Part shown: positions 29,260-42,121 of the stretch, piece after piece
Layout: the number at the start of each line of letters is the position of its first letter
How positions within the stretch are numbered: position 1 is the stretch's first letter
Source: Macrostomum lignano
Taxonomy: Eukaryota
DNA: 64,000 nucleotides
Assembly: GCA_002269645.1 (NCBI GenBank)
Contig: NIVC01000037.1
Span: forward strand, 930,001-994,000
Direction of reading: 5' to 3'
The notes under the pieces: generated by a model
The model's database searches: none
What the model saw: the letters and a program-made list of their open reading frames with translations, nothing else
Told to the model about the DNA's origin: nothing
Position numbers and translations under genes: made by a program

Positions 29260-29590
29260 TGGCTAACCTGATCAGAGTGGTTATTTTTGCTAAGATAAAG
29301 CTCAGCGATAGACGCGTCCGACTCTCACGCCGCGACCCCTGGTTCAAAATTCAGCTCCCAAGGCACAGAGTGTACATGCCTGACGATTAGAAAGTCATGG
29401 CCGCTGTACACCCTGTGTGAGCGTGTGTGTGAGTGCTGTGACTGCGTACAGTATTAGCGGCCTTGTATTGTGCTCAGGAGTCAGCGGAATGGGCAGAATT
29501 GCCGTCAGCGCTGGCTGTGGGACGATGTCTTTGAAGGCATTACGCCAGGGTGCCAGCAAACGTCCTGCAGATATTACTATTATTATTAAT
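29260..29590 (+). mobile_element. tRNA(Glu-CTC-like)-derived SINE
   Basis: The head GCTCAGCGATAGACGCGTCCGACTCTCACGCCGCGACCCCTGGTTCAA resembles tRNA-Glu(CTC) with a B-box-like GGTTCAA. It has a conserved body shared with 7990-8346 and a (TAT)n tail. Confidence 0.75.
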
Positions 29591-30137
29591 ATATGAAAAT
29601 ATAATTAAAGAAAATTTGCTCTGGGCAAGTCACGTGCTTTCATTTGTTGGCCCCAAGATCATATATATATACACATGATGGGCCACTCGTTAACCATTTA
29701 TGTGGCCATAGAAGCTTATAAGAAAAAATTTGCAACTCGCGACAGCGCGAAAGCCATAACTACTGAACTCAATGTCGTCAGTAGTCTGTGCAGTGCATGC
29801 ATCATTCTTAGTTTGTTTGAGTAGCTATTTTTTTAATTCATGAAAATTTCGATCAGATTCTCAAAAAAATAGCGTCTATGTCCTTAAGCTACTGAACTCA
29901 AAATTTAAGCATCCCATGTCGGCTTTTTTCGCACAAGTGACGTGAAACAGCGATCTATGGTTGGCGTCCCTCAGAAAAAAAGTCGTTTATTTCCAGTGAG
30001 ACATCCAGTGGAGTTTGGCCATAGACAAGTGACAAATATTAAGGAAATTCACATTGCTGTTGTCAATTTTTTCCTCACAGCTTGTTGACTTGACTAACTC
30101 AGGTCTGAAAGTTAAGCAGAATTGCGCATGGTTAGAC

Positions 30138-30577
30138 CACAGAATTACTAGATGGGCTACTCAGCACATTTGCGTGTAAGCTACTTTCAGTTCAGTAGCA
30201 AGTTAAACGGAAGCATTTTAATGTATTTTAAAGCCAAGGCTCATTTATTGGCCCTGACCCCCAGCTTAAACCCTCCAACCGCGCCTTTCCACACTGCCCC
30301 CGACCCGCCCCAATTTTTATTGCCTTTCTCGGAATTCCAGCCTAAAGCTGCCATGTACATTTCAGTGGACTGGCCAATGTACATTATTGCTGAGCTGAAC
30401 CAATTAGCAAGTTGTTTACGCCTGCAAGCTTGGGCTTCTAAACTTATCAAAGTCGTTTCAGCTGCCTTTATTTTTATAAAAAAGCTTATGTATTCTTCTT
30501 TGCTACTGAACTGAAGTAGAAAGCTGTTTTACTAAGTATATGCCTGAGTGGCCCATTTAGTCATTTTAGTATCTGTG
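30138..30577. mobile_element. hAT-type MITE, copy 2 (TIR CACAG...CTGTG, 8-bp TSD GGTTAGAC)
   Basis: TSD at 30130-30137 and 30578-30585; homologous to 7122-7570. Confidence 0.87.
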
Positions 30578-31479
30578 GGTTAGACGAAGTTTTGCAGGAA
30601 AGTCATTTAAAAACACTCTTAACTTCTGTAAAGTCCCCTTACTATCAAAGTCTTCAATAAGAGCCTCGTTCTCCCTAATCCCTTCATTTGCTCATTAGTT
30701 AATAATCAACCAATTTAATTGCTATTCCAACCCGGTTTATACAGTTTGCATCGAACTATTCGCAAACTGTCAATTTACTTGTAATAATTAGAATTTCGTT
30801 TGCGCCTCATTGCGACTCAGTATTGCATTGCTCATAATATTCTCATAACAGTCAATGAGACTCCACTTATATCATGCAAGCAAATAAGTGCTGAAAATGG
30901 TATTGTAATTAATCATTTCTACTGCCTTAGAACAATACACGATGTTTTCAGTAGTTAATTTGAATTCCTATCAAATGATTCACTTTTGTCTTGTATAGTA
31001 ATAATTGTTACTAATGTTATGTCTTAATTAATAATGCGATCTAACGGTGCAGCACTTGTAATATGGACTAAACTCTGTTTCCCTTGAAGCATATATAATA
31101 TTACTGTTTAATTGAAAAGTGCCGACTGCTTGCTAAATGATGATTCTGCTGTAAAATCGGATTAAAATCTGTCGCCTTACTCATTCTGTAATTCAACTTT
31201 CATCCTTAAAATATAGCTTTGCTTTGTAAAAATATTGATTTGAACTTTTCGTTTCCTTCCAGCTAATCTTATCGAACGTTTTGGCCGGCCAGCTAAGTTG
31301 CGGAAAGCAATTTTAACTTTGTTTTCGCGACTGATTTCGATAATATAGTGTTGTGTTAAGATTTTGTTTTTGACTGTTTTGTGTTAATATTTTCTTTGTT
31401 TTACTGCTTCTGCTTGGCAATAAATCGTTTTTGTACTTTTACCAAAAAATTGTAACTTTTTTTAATTTGTTTAATCTCT

Positions 31480-32200
31480 TCGATTCGGCTACATGTGTGT
31501 GTATCACGATGGCTGTGATGACGTCAAGTTTGTGTCGGCATTAAAAATACCATACAACATGTACATTATACATGTACATGTGTTTGGACGAAAGAAAAGA
31601 GTGTGGTTCATCCAAGTGTGGGATCTCACACGATTCGATAAGCGGATGGGGCAGACAAGGCACCTGGGTTCGTTTTGAACGGAGCCGGTTAGGGGGCACA
31701 TCGAGTCCAGTTGGTACCGTCTGTGGAGAGCTGGTCAGGTGGGAAAATTTATTAGCTATAGTGCTCTAAGGTGCTACGTGACCAAGCCAATATGATTAGC
31801 GGGGGACAATATGGAGACGAGGATTACCTCGTTAAAACTTGCTACGCGAATGCTGATGTATGTATGTGCTTCAAGGGCCGCATCGCGCGGACATTGCTGT
31901 GAATTGGATAAGCAAGTACCGGCCTGAAGGGACGGAATGGTGACTAAGGGATGTTTGAAGTGTAGGTTGTTGTCCGACAAGATATTTTGGAAACTTTTCG
32001 AACCCGAAAACACTTAACACCTGCCTGCTCTACGGACGGCTGCAAACCGATCTAAGAAATCTGATCCCACCGGCTTTATAGCTTTAACAAACAAACTAAC
32101 TAACTAACTATCTAACTAACTAACTAACTCACTAACTAACTAACTAATTAACTAACTAACTAACTATAACTAACTAACAACTGACTGACTAACTCGTGTT
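31480..32200 (+). mobile_element. Possible retroposon (SINE/LINE 3' end) with (TAAC)n tail
   Basis: A GC-richer island ending in AACAAAC(TAAC)n; no coding similarity recognised. Confidence 0.3.
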
Positions 32201-34027
32201 GCTCAAACTATTGTAAGAGCAAAGTAGGCTTAGAGTTATAGTAAAGTTTTTTAATTATAAATTTTATTCAACAATTGGAGCTTAAAAGACCGAAAAAAGT
32301 ATTTTTTTTGTTAACTTTGTTATACCCTGTTACAGTCACAACAATTTTAAAAAAGCGTGTCCCCAAGTGGGTCTGTATAAAAGCAGGGCACCATTGGCAC
32401 ATTGGACACCCCTTATGTTAACAAAAATCGAGTTTTGATCGTTGTTTTGCTTGTATAAATATACTTTGTCTTCGGATTAAAATGTAAATATTTATTTATA
32501 ATTGCACTTTTTCATATACTTCTAACAACCATAAGATTGGTAGTATCAACAAGTTTTATTCTACATTTAAATTCATTTCTTATCTTGCTTTATTGTCGAA
32601 CTACTTTCGGTACGTCATTTTCATTTACCTAGTTGGTGCACTTACAGAAAACATAGAAACATTAAATGCCGTTTCTTGTCCTCAATAAACGTTGGAAAAA
32701 GTTAGCAGCAGACTAGTTGCAGAATTTTATAGCCGGACATGGCATATTTGACAATTTGCAGCTGCTCTCATCTCTGGCTTGTTTATTGCCTTTCCATAAA
32801 TCAACAGCAATGGTGAATGTGAATCTAATCCTTCTCTCTCTCTCTCTCTTCCATAATGTTAATGTTTGATTTGTTGTTAATATGGACTTTTAAAATCCCC
32901 CGTGTCTTAAATAAAAAAACGAATAATTTTTTAAGTTATGATTTCTATCAAAGTGCAAGTAATTAATGTTTTAAAAACATTTAAACTCAATAAATTATTC
33001 ATTCTATTATCAAATAGAATCCAACTCTAGAATCTTTTTCAAGGAAGGAATACTAACTATCCTTAATATTCAATATGCATGATAATAAAGCAGTGCATTA
33101 CTTTATCAATTTAGAGAATCTAACAAGGAAATAAATATAATTTAGTACAGTACCATTGTAAGCAAAAAACCATAAATTTACAGGTACAATTTTTCGTAAA
33201 GATAGATACAGCTGAAAAATTAAAATTTGACAAAAGAATACCAAAAACACTAAAAATGGGGAGAAAAAGTATAACAAACATTGGCATTAATAAAAAAGTA
33301 ATAAATATTGCAGCTGAGCAAATGAAATTAGCAATTAAACAATGCAATGAGTTAAATGATAAATAACAAAGAAATGCTAAATAACATCTTTTGTTCATTA
33401 TTCATTTGTAACTTTATAACAATAAAAATCATTACCATAAGCAATTGTATGAAAAGTTGCTATTAATAGTCTTATGTACTTTATCTCTACTCTAAGAGCT
33501 AACTTTCTATAAATATATATGATTCCTTGTATAAAACTAGGGATTCTTGCTGCAATATGCATATATCACTCTCTTGACCCAAGAAAATTATTGAAAGTGG
33601 TCAACCAATTAGCACAAGGAAATTATAGACAGGGCTGTAATGGTGCGAGTGGTGTTTCGGCACACCAAGTGAACTTTGTCACTCTAAAAAAATTGCACAG
33701 GTTTGTATTGTTATACATGGGAAAGGGGGTCATTAGGCTAGACATTGACTACTGCAACTCCCCCTGCTTCATGAAGGTTATGGCCTTCTTGGGTCTGTCG
33801 TTGTATTAGCCTACTAACAGGCTACAAGAAAAAGCATCCTCTAATAACTATATGAGCAACTTCTAGTTCTTAGCGTCCCTGGCTGTTGGCTTAAAATAAA
33901 AAATGGACACGCAAACTGTGGTGACTTCAATTAAAAAATTCTAGCTCTGTGCAGAGATTTAGCACAAAGTTAAAACTCTGCATGTAAGCTTTGAATGTTA
34001 TTCTTCAATGTTGCTTAAGCTGCACAA

Positions 34028-37000
34028 CTAAGGTTCCCTGGATTCACTAGATGCATACATCACAATGACAGAGTCTCGCGACAGAGAATCCAAGGGAATC
34101 CCCGCTGGGATGAAGCGAACATGGAAGTCGTCTACTTCGTACACAGTACCGTTTGATGCGAATGCGTAGCAGACGTAGTGCCCCTTGTTGGCCGCTTCAC
34201 CGCGATGCACAACGACGGCTTTTAATCGATAGATTGAGGAACGAAGTGATAAAAAATTTTGGATCATAAGCGGAGCGCGATTTTTTGCTAGGTAAGTTGG
34301 TGTTGCGGATTGCGCCCGATAGATTGAGACACACAGCACCTTCGGTTTGCTGAGTATGGTTGTCTTTTCAACAAGCTGGCCTCCTTTGCACGAAGAACAT
34401 GGGAGTAGTGCACTGCGAGGAGTACTAGAGTGACAAAGTGCACCTTCAATTAAGAGTGAGAGATCTTGTCGATCATCAGTGTTAGAGGGAGCAACTGACA
34501 AGCTGTGTCTCGTTGAAGAAACTGCGGAATGTATTGAATTGCAGCTTTCGCAGTTTGAACTGATGACCGTCTGCAAAAAAATGTTTTCTATATGCAGTCA
34601 AAGGCAAGTGAGTATACATGTAGACAAATCAGAGATTTTGCTTTCACTCTCGTCTAGACTTAAAGGATATTGCATTTACACTCGTACGAGTACTTGTACG
34701 CCAGGGGTCCGCAAAACCATGGCTTTAGGGCCATATGCAGCCCACAAAGCCTTTCTGACCGGCCCTCGGTCCTTTAAAACTTCAAAACAACGATTCGGCC
34801 CGCTCAGGGTTTTTGCCTCTTCTCAGATATTTCTTTTCTCTACTCGCTCTTCTCTCTTCTCTCTTCTTTTTTTCTCTTCTCTTTTCTCCTCTCTGCCTTC
34901 CCCCTCCTCTCTTTTTTACTTCATCTTCCTCTTCTCTCTTCCTATTTATTCCCATGCCTCTCCTTTCTCCTTTCTCTCTCCTCATCTCCTCTCTCTTCTC
35001 TGGCCCGCAGTCATGCATTAGATTCTCTATCTGGCCCTTGATGTAAAAGTTTGCTGATCCCTGATGTACACGCACAATGAGCACTAACGCAATCCGTGAA
35101 AATTGAAAATTTGAAAGAGCACGCGGAATTTTTTACCAAAAAGGCAAATAGGTGCTGAAGTTTTGGCAACTCCAGAATTCGTTCTACTGTTTCGATGACA
35201 CACTTCTGTCTGCTTGGGCTGTCCAGGTCAACTTGCGCGTTATACTTATGAAATGCCAACTGCTGGAGTGTAGCGATCATCGATTGCTCAGCGCGGCCGC
35301 TATTGTCTGTTGCCAGCATCCGACTAATGAGCTGAAGTTCTGGTTCATCGCAGATCGAACTTTTTAAGCACATCGGTTCCAGAGATGCAGCAACAGACTG
35401 AATAGCGGCATTGAACCAGCATGACTCTCCGAAATTCCGGAGTCCTGTAGGAGCCCAGGAATCAGGGACTGGAATCAGATCGCTATTTTTTCGCATCTTG
35501 GGGACTTCATCCGTTTCAGAAATTAGAACTTCATCCAACTGAACACTAATTTTGACAGCAGAAGCTGCAGGACAATTCGGTTCACTGGTAGCACTGCCAC
35601 TTCTACCGTGAACCGTTTTTTGTTCACTGCTGGCAGTCATTGTTCTGGGTTTCTTTGTCTTAGGCTGGACGCTAACATCTGCGTCACAGGCTCTAACGGC
35701 CTTTCTTCCCGATGGCTGCTTGCTACTTCGGCGAATTTTCGTTACTGTCGGTGTGCTTTTTGACACGATCGCTGATTGGTCACCAATTGACAGCTTTGCT
35801 GCCAGCACATGACAACAACGAGGTGAGCTGTTGCAATCACATTTCTCTACTGGATGAAGAGCGACCAGATGATTTCTTTTAAATCCTTCAATAACAAAGA
35901 CTTGCCGAGTAGGAACATGAGTGACTCCATTTTTGTCTAAAATCTCACGTGCCAAGTTGGTGTTGACATTGTGTACAGCATCGCATGATGGTCGCTTAGA
36001 ATTAGTCTTTGCCTGTGTCTTGACTGTCTCGAGTTCACTTAGCGTCCAGTGCGGCTTTGGCACATCTAGCTCTAGAAGCCAAGTGTGCTCTCCAACTTTC
36101 CATTCTCCAGTACCGCATTGAGAACGGCGAAATTCTGCGAGACTGCAACACTGCAGTCTCGTAAGCATAAGAACTAAATCTTCGAGTAGAATCTTCTGCC
36201 AGTCAGCTGTACGCTTTAGAATAGCGTTGTATGACTCGGCTGCATTTGAAAAGCAGCCAGAGTCCGGCTCCAAAAGCCCAGCTTTGTACAGCACGAAAGT
36301 CGCAGCATGTTCTCGAATGTCTGGCACTAAGTGTTCACTGAGATACGCAAAAGCACGAGACTCCCAGGTCTTCTTTAGCTCACAGAGCGTCTCATCAAAT
36401 TCTTCATTGGAGACAGATCTAAGCAGGCGCCACAGGTCGCTGACGTAATTCTTTGTGTCACTGGGGGAAAAACTGTTTCCTTTCAACCACCTTTTCAGGT
36501 CTTGAACTAGGTGGTTCCAATCAAAAAGTTGTACGCAGGATTCGAATGTCTGACTGATAGAGTTAACTATTCCAGGCTCTCTATCACTGACGAAAATGAT
36601 TTTCTTGCTACCTTTATTCAAACCAACAGCTTCGCTTAAAGCGCGCATCAGCTCTATTTGCACCTTTGTGGCGCGTCTGTCGTGAATCAGATGCAAAACT
36701 GGAAACGGATGCCATCCGTTTGCACTGGGAATCATCATTAAAAGCGGAGTGACGTAAAAATCCGTCAAATTGAAGGTTGTATCCACCATGAAGACAACAG
36801 GATCAGGACTTGCGCGCAGAACCAATTTGACGACGTCGATACTTTCTTGAATTCCTTGGATAATCGTAACTTCCGGTATTAGCTGCAGTAGTTTGACACA
36901 GCTAATTTCTTCATTCAAAAGACACACGGCCAAAACCTGGTCATTGTGAATCAGTTGACGCTTGCGTTCGTTGTGCATTGCGTTTCGGACCTGAGAGAGG

Positions 37001-38275
37001 TTGCGCGCATTGGTGACTCCTTCCATATCTTTCGGAACATGGCTTCCAATAGAGTCTTTGTACACCTTGGATGGAAGGTCACTAAAATAATTTATGAAAA
37101 AATTAAATTTATGCAGCGGCCAGGCTTATATTGCGGTAAATAATGCTGTTACTTAATAGTGAAAATGATTTCGTCATTGAGAGCAAGTAAGTCAATTAGC
37201 TTTAGTGTATTCATGTAATTGTTTGTCGTGTCACATGTAACTTTCATTTATAATCAAGTATAGAGGCTCCTTCTTTGCTCTTGCTTATCGATAGTGAGTG
37301 ATGAAACTTCAGAACTTGTATTTTTAAATCGACTGTGACAACAGCCCATGTCTTGTCTAACTTTCCAAGGGAAGGTAATAAAATTGTAGAGATGATCGAC
37401 ACATGCACACAATGATGAGTAGATAGTGAACTTTATGGATTTTATAAAGAGTTGCATACGAGGTTAATTCATACCTGAAGTTCTCTTTGAAATTCTGAAG
37501 TACTGATGGATCCGTTCGCTTGTACTCTGATTTATTGCCTTGGTTACAGTTGCCATGAGGAAATGACTCTGCCAGACTGCTGTCTCCAATGTATTGGACA
37601 ACGATGTAGCGAGTGACCTCAAATGATTGGTATGCTACTTTGCGAAAGCCACCGATGCGGCTTCTGTCGGCACTCATTGAGCTGAAGCGGTAGATTTTGT
37701 ACTTAGCCTGTTCTTTTGATCCCTTTCTGGGCGAAAAGTGTGTGCCATCATAGATCCACCGGTATCCGTCATTACGCCAGTCTATGAAGGAATATAAGAA
37801 TTTTATGCTCTACGTTAATGGATTAGCGTGATGTAGAGACAGTTACTGTAAAGAACACTAGTACATTAAATAATTATAAATTTACCGTCTTCAGTTTTGC
37901 CATCTCGTCTTACGACAAATACGGAATTTCCATGTGGTCGATGCGGCAAATGGTTACAGACTTTGGACTCATCTAGTGTCTGGTACAATTCCTTTACTTC
38001 AGTAAGTGAAAGCCTGTTGGCGCATCTATTGTACACCTAGAATTAAATGCCAAACGGAATGCTGTCATCCGCCATTGTAGAACATAACGCTCGTTCACAA
38101 AATTCCTGATACAAGTTTTCAATTTTTGAAACATTTTTCTAAAAACTGGATCCCCCAAATCCTAAAATCAGCTGCTTTTTCAGTAACTAGTAGCAATTTA
38201 GCTTTTTAAACTTACGGGAGCCGAATCGTTGCCAAGATTTTCAGGTCCTGGTGCTGCCGCTTCAAATGATGTCAT
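34028..38275 (-). CDS. MULE transposase-SWIM-USP (C19 peptidase) fusion protein, 1001 aa; exons 38275-38216, 38036-37886, 37781-37475, 37081-35137, 34570-34028
   Basis: Four GT-AG introns with matching phases (0, 1, 2, 0) give a 3006-nt uninterrupted ORF. Domains: WRKY-GCM1/CG-1-like DDWRNDGYRW...PHGN; DDE core VDTTFNL / VSDRE / WNH / NAAESYN; SWIM CDC...CCHVLA; USP Cys box GLRNFGESCWFNAAIQ; His box VVVHRG...GHYVCY; VDD. Confidence 0.88.
34702..35063. mobile_element. hAT/Charlie-type MITE with CT-rich interior, inserted in intron 4 of the MULE gene
   Basis: TIRs CAGGGGTCCGCAAA / TTTGCTGATCCCTG; degenerate 8-bp TSD TTGTACGC / ATGTACAC. Confidence 0.7.
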
Positions 38276-38340
38276 TTGGCTGAAGAATTTAAAGTTTTTT
38301 TTACGTTTTAGAAGTTTTTGTCTCATTTATTTCTTCATTA

Positions 38341-38520
38341 TCTCTACCTATAAAAATCAAAACTCTGTGTGTCTGTCTGTGTGTGTACACTTTTGATCGC
38401 TATGGACTCCCAAACCACTCAACCAAATGACACCAAATTTTGCACCCACCCTAAACTCACTACGGAGAATGTCTTAGGCTACCTTTAAAATTCCTAATAG
38501 TTTTATAAAAAAAATTCTAC
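38341..38520 (+). mobile_element. Non-autonomous Helitron-like 5' end fragment inside the MULE
   Basis: TCT...TATAAAAAT start, (TG/TCTG) microsatellite and CCCAAACCACTCAACCAAATGACACCAAATTTTGCAC motif, as seen in short Helitron/DINE-like elements. Confidence 0.45.
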
Positions 38521-41500
38521 TTTCCTGTGGAGAAAACCTTGCAAGACAGCGAAGAAAATGTGGCAGATGGGGATTGGCATTAGGAGGGAAGAATTTTAAT
38601 CAGATGTTTTCCATCTATAGATAATAAAATTTAGTACTTTTCAAAATCTTACCAAAAGCGGACACACCCACCATATGGATCTAGCTCTTTGCAACAATGT
38701 ATGAGTTCATACTAATATTCATATATTTCTATACATGTACATTGTGAACTCTTGATTTCTTTTAAGACTATGCTGCCTCTAGAATGGAAATTAATAAAAC
38801 TAGAATCGATACCTTTGTATTAAATAATTCTCAACTTGGGCAAACAGATTATATAAAAATGAAAAGCAATGCACAATTTAAACTTTTGGAGCAGTTACAC
38901 TAAAGAAAATTATTATTTTATAAAATTAAGAGAGGCTAATACAATTAGTAGGGCTTGAATTGAATAATATGCTGTGAAGACTCAAACTTGTAAGCCAAGA
39001 AGTCTAGAATTAGGGTTAGCAATTAGGCAATTAGGCGAACTATATACATTAAGGAATGTGTAGGTATTAAATAAATAAATCATGCAGGTGCTAATAGTAG
39101 CTTAAAACCTATCACTTGGTCCCTTAGAACGCCATAATTTTGGACATTAGAATTAAAAAATAGTGTTTTACTGATTGGGCACTTGTTCTTATTGGAAAAT
39201 TTCTCATAAATATAGAAATATTAATATAAACAATACTAATAAATTTGCCTATTAAAACTTTGTGGCATTCATAGGATTTTAGAAGAAGGAAGTATACCCT
39301 GCAACATACGTGCAGAATATTTATGTGCTAAAGGATTTAGGTCTGAAATAAATAATGACAATAAATGTTATGTGAAGATGGTTTATATGTTGTTTATTCA
39401 AAGCATCACATATAACTTTTCAGTAAAAAGACTTCTTGGTCTGTAAGGTAGATTTTTTACTAATATGCTTGCATTTTTTACCTCATAATTTAAATGAGTA
39501 GCACAATTTCTTAAATATCATGACTTGGCAAATTATGCATAAAAATAAAGGTTTTCTTAAAATTAAAAGGATTGTATATAAAGAAGAGACTGTAATTTGA
39601 ACTTTCACTGAGTAGCTATTCCTTTTTTGTTGGTTGAAATCATACAAAAAGTAATTGAACTAATAAAAGAAGAAGCTTGGAAATTATTAATTTAATCATC
39701 ATCTTACAAAGTAAAAAAAACTTTTTGGGTGCAATTTTTTCATCAAATAATCTGCCAATGTATTAACTTTTTTAATATAGAAATACTTGCAATTTGGAAT
39801 ATCCAAAGTTCGTTCTTCATGAAGTAATCCTAACAGAATAAGTTGTGGTTTTTTGATAAGAGCAGAATGCTTCATTTTATGGAAAATTGAGTTCTGACTA
39901 TTAGTTTGATCATTTCATATATCAGGCATATTTAGCATTAAATCGGTACGCCTGTAGTACAGAACCTTCGGGGTAGTAAAATCACAGTGTAATAGCATTG
40001 CAAGCTGCAGTTTTTGCATGTGCGATTATTTTAAAAAATCGAATGCCAAATTAAACATGTACAAAAAACGATAATACAAAGAATATTTAACAAATCATCT
40101 ATCACGAAAGCAAGGATGTCATTTCTATTATTATCAATTTTTTAAATTATTTAAAAGTATCTCCGCAAGTTTATTCTGCATTTTCATATCTAATTTTGTT
40201 ATAAAAAGGGGTGTCCAATGTGTCCAATGTGCCAGTGCCAGCTTTTATACACACCCTCCCCAAGTTGCCGCGTCGGCCGAGTCCAATTAGGCCTAACCCG
40301 CCAAGTCGAGCGGTAGTGGTCAAGCATTGTAAGTTAGTTGCTATCGTATGTGACTCCTATTGATATTAAGTCGGAATAGTTATACATTTTTGTAAAGCAG
40401 AATATTAGAAGTTCGAAATTAGTCGATACAATTTCCAGACCAAGATTTGTGCCCTTAGGTCGAGATCAGAATATTAAGAATAGGCCTAAGTATCAATTGT
40501 TAATTATCACCGTCATTCTTTAATTCATTTCCTTAAGTCTTATTCAGTAAGTTAATTTGGGCTATTCCAAATCCCCATAGTCCAGATCATGCTGCGTGCA
40601 CGCCAGAATGCTTAGAACCAATGCACGCCGACGCCAAGTAGGCCTATGCACACCGATACTATCACCGATTGCAGTTACAACCATAAAGCACCTTTTTGCA
40701 GTTACAACAATAAAGGACATTTTCTAAAAACCTTTCTTATGAACTTGAGTAAAACTTAACTATCTTAGGACCTTTTCTTAAAAACTTTACTTACAAACTT
40801 GAGTAAAACTTAACTATCTTGACATACCCTCCTATATGCTGTACCTTATATTCCTAACAAACTAATTATCTCTTCCCTTACTGGCCTTATACACATTTTC
40901 CTATTTAGAACCTCCAAAAAACCACTCCTCTATTTTATCCTCTAATTATAACAACACTCCGTGCCAAATAACTTTGGTATATGCTATATCTTCTAAAGAC
41001 AGGCCAAATCCAAAAATGCCCTTTTTATGAAATATAAATAATGCAAAACTTAGGGAAGGAATATAACATTTTTTCTGTGAAATTTTTCCGTGACGGTATA
41101 AATAATTTTTGTTTAGACTAACCCAGTGAAAAAAATGATATGGATTCCATGTGGATTTTTCATATGAAATCCATATGTGCATTTGTCTCCGTCCATCCAT
41201 GTGGAATCAAGATATGGATTCCACATGGAAGATCCACATGGAAGTAATTATGTATTTCACATAGAATCCACATTGTCATTGAGTAAGCAGCCATTATACT
41301 GGTTGCCATAATAAATTGTTGCATCCTAAATCACAAAATAATACCAGATCTTAAAATTTCATACGAACCCCAGATCTCAATACTATATAAAAGAAACTGA
41401 AACACAGATAAAAACACTAGCTATAGCCAAAAATATTTCTGCACAAAAATATATTCAAACAGGATGTCTCAATAAGTAAGGTGTATTTATGTACAGTAGT

Positions 41501-42121
41501 GAGTCACTGGCACACAAAGAATAAAGACACTGATGTAGATATTGATATCTTTAAAGTTGCGCTGCGCATATGATATAATATATAATTTGAAATTGACATT
41601 GTCAATAGCATTAATTAATTAACAATAATATAATGCACCAGAATTAAAACAGTCAGAAACATGCTGCTGCCAATTGCCAGAATGCTGCTTCTTCAGGTCA
41701 GGTGAGCAACCTTAGAAAAGAAAGGGGTTAAATAACAGAATTTTATAACAGATTGATAACAGATTTTGTAATAGATTTTGATAGATTTTGATCATATAAC
41801 AGATTTTGATGACAGAAAAAAATCAGTTTATAACTAAAACTTACCATTGCTTCACAAAAGGTAGCATTCTAGATATTAAATTCAAATTCCAAGTAGCTTT
41901 GCATGCTTCTTCAAAGGCAAGACCAAGGTGACATCCAAGTTTGAGGATGGGCCATGTAATATTAGGCTGAAATGAAATAGAAAAATAATTGTTGCCAATT
42001 AAGATTGGTAGATTATATTGATATAATTCATAAAACTAATTTAAGGATGAATACTTAATAAAGTTTATTTTAAAATTAACTAGGCCTAAGTCCTAGGTTT
42101 ATTTTTTATGCACAGTGTGCG

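Larger units (their letters stand above)
32369..40257 (-). mobile_element. Full-length Mutator-like (MULE) DNA transposon, 7.9 kb
   Basis: Imperfect ~55-bp TIRs: left GGGTCTGTATAAAAGC...CACATTGGACACCCCTT, right AAGGGGTGTCCAATGTG...GCTTTTTATACACACCC. The 8-bp TSD is CCCCAAGT (32361-32368) / TCCCAAGT (40258-40265). It encloses the transposase gene. Confidence 0.85.

Noticed and set aside
29285-29350. Functional tRNA-Glu gene
   Set aside because: It lacks a complete cloverleaf and acceptor stem, and continues into a SINE body shared with other copies.
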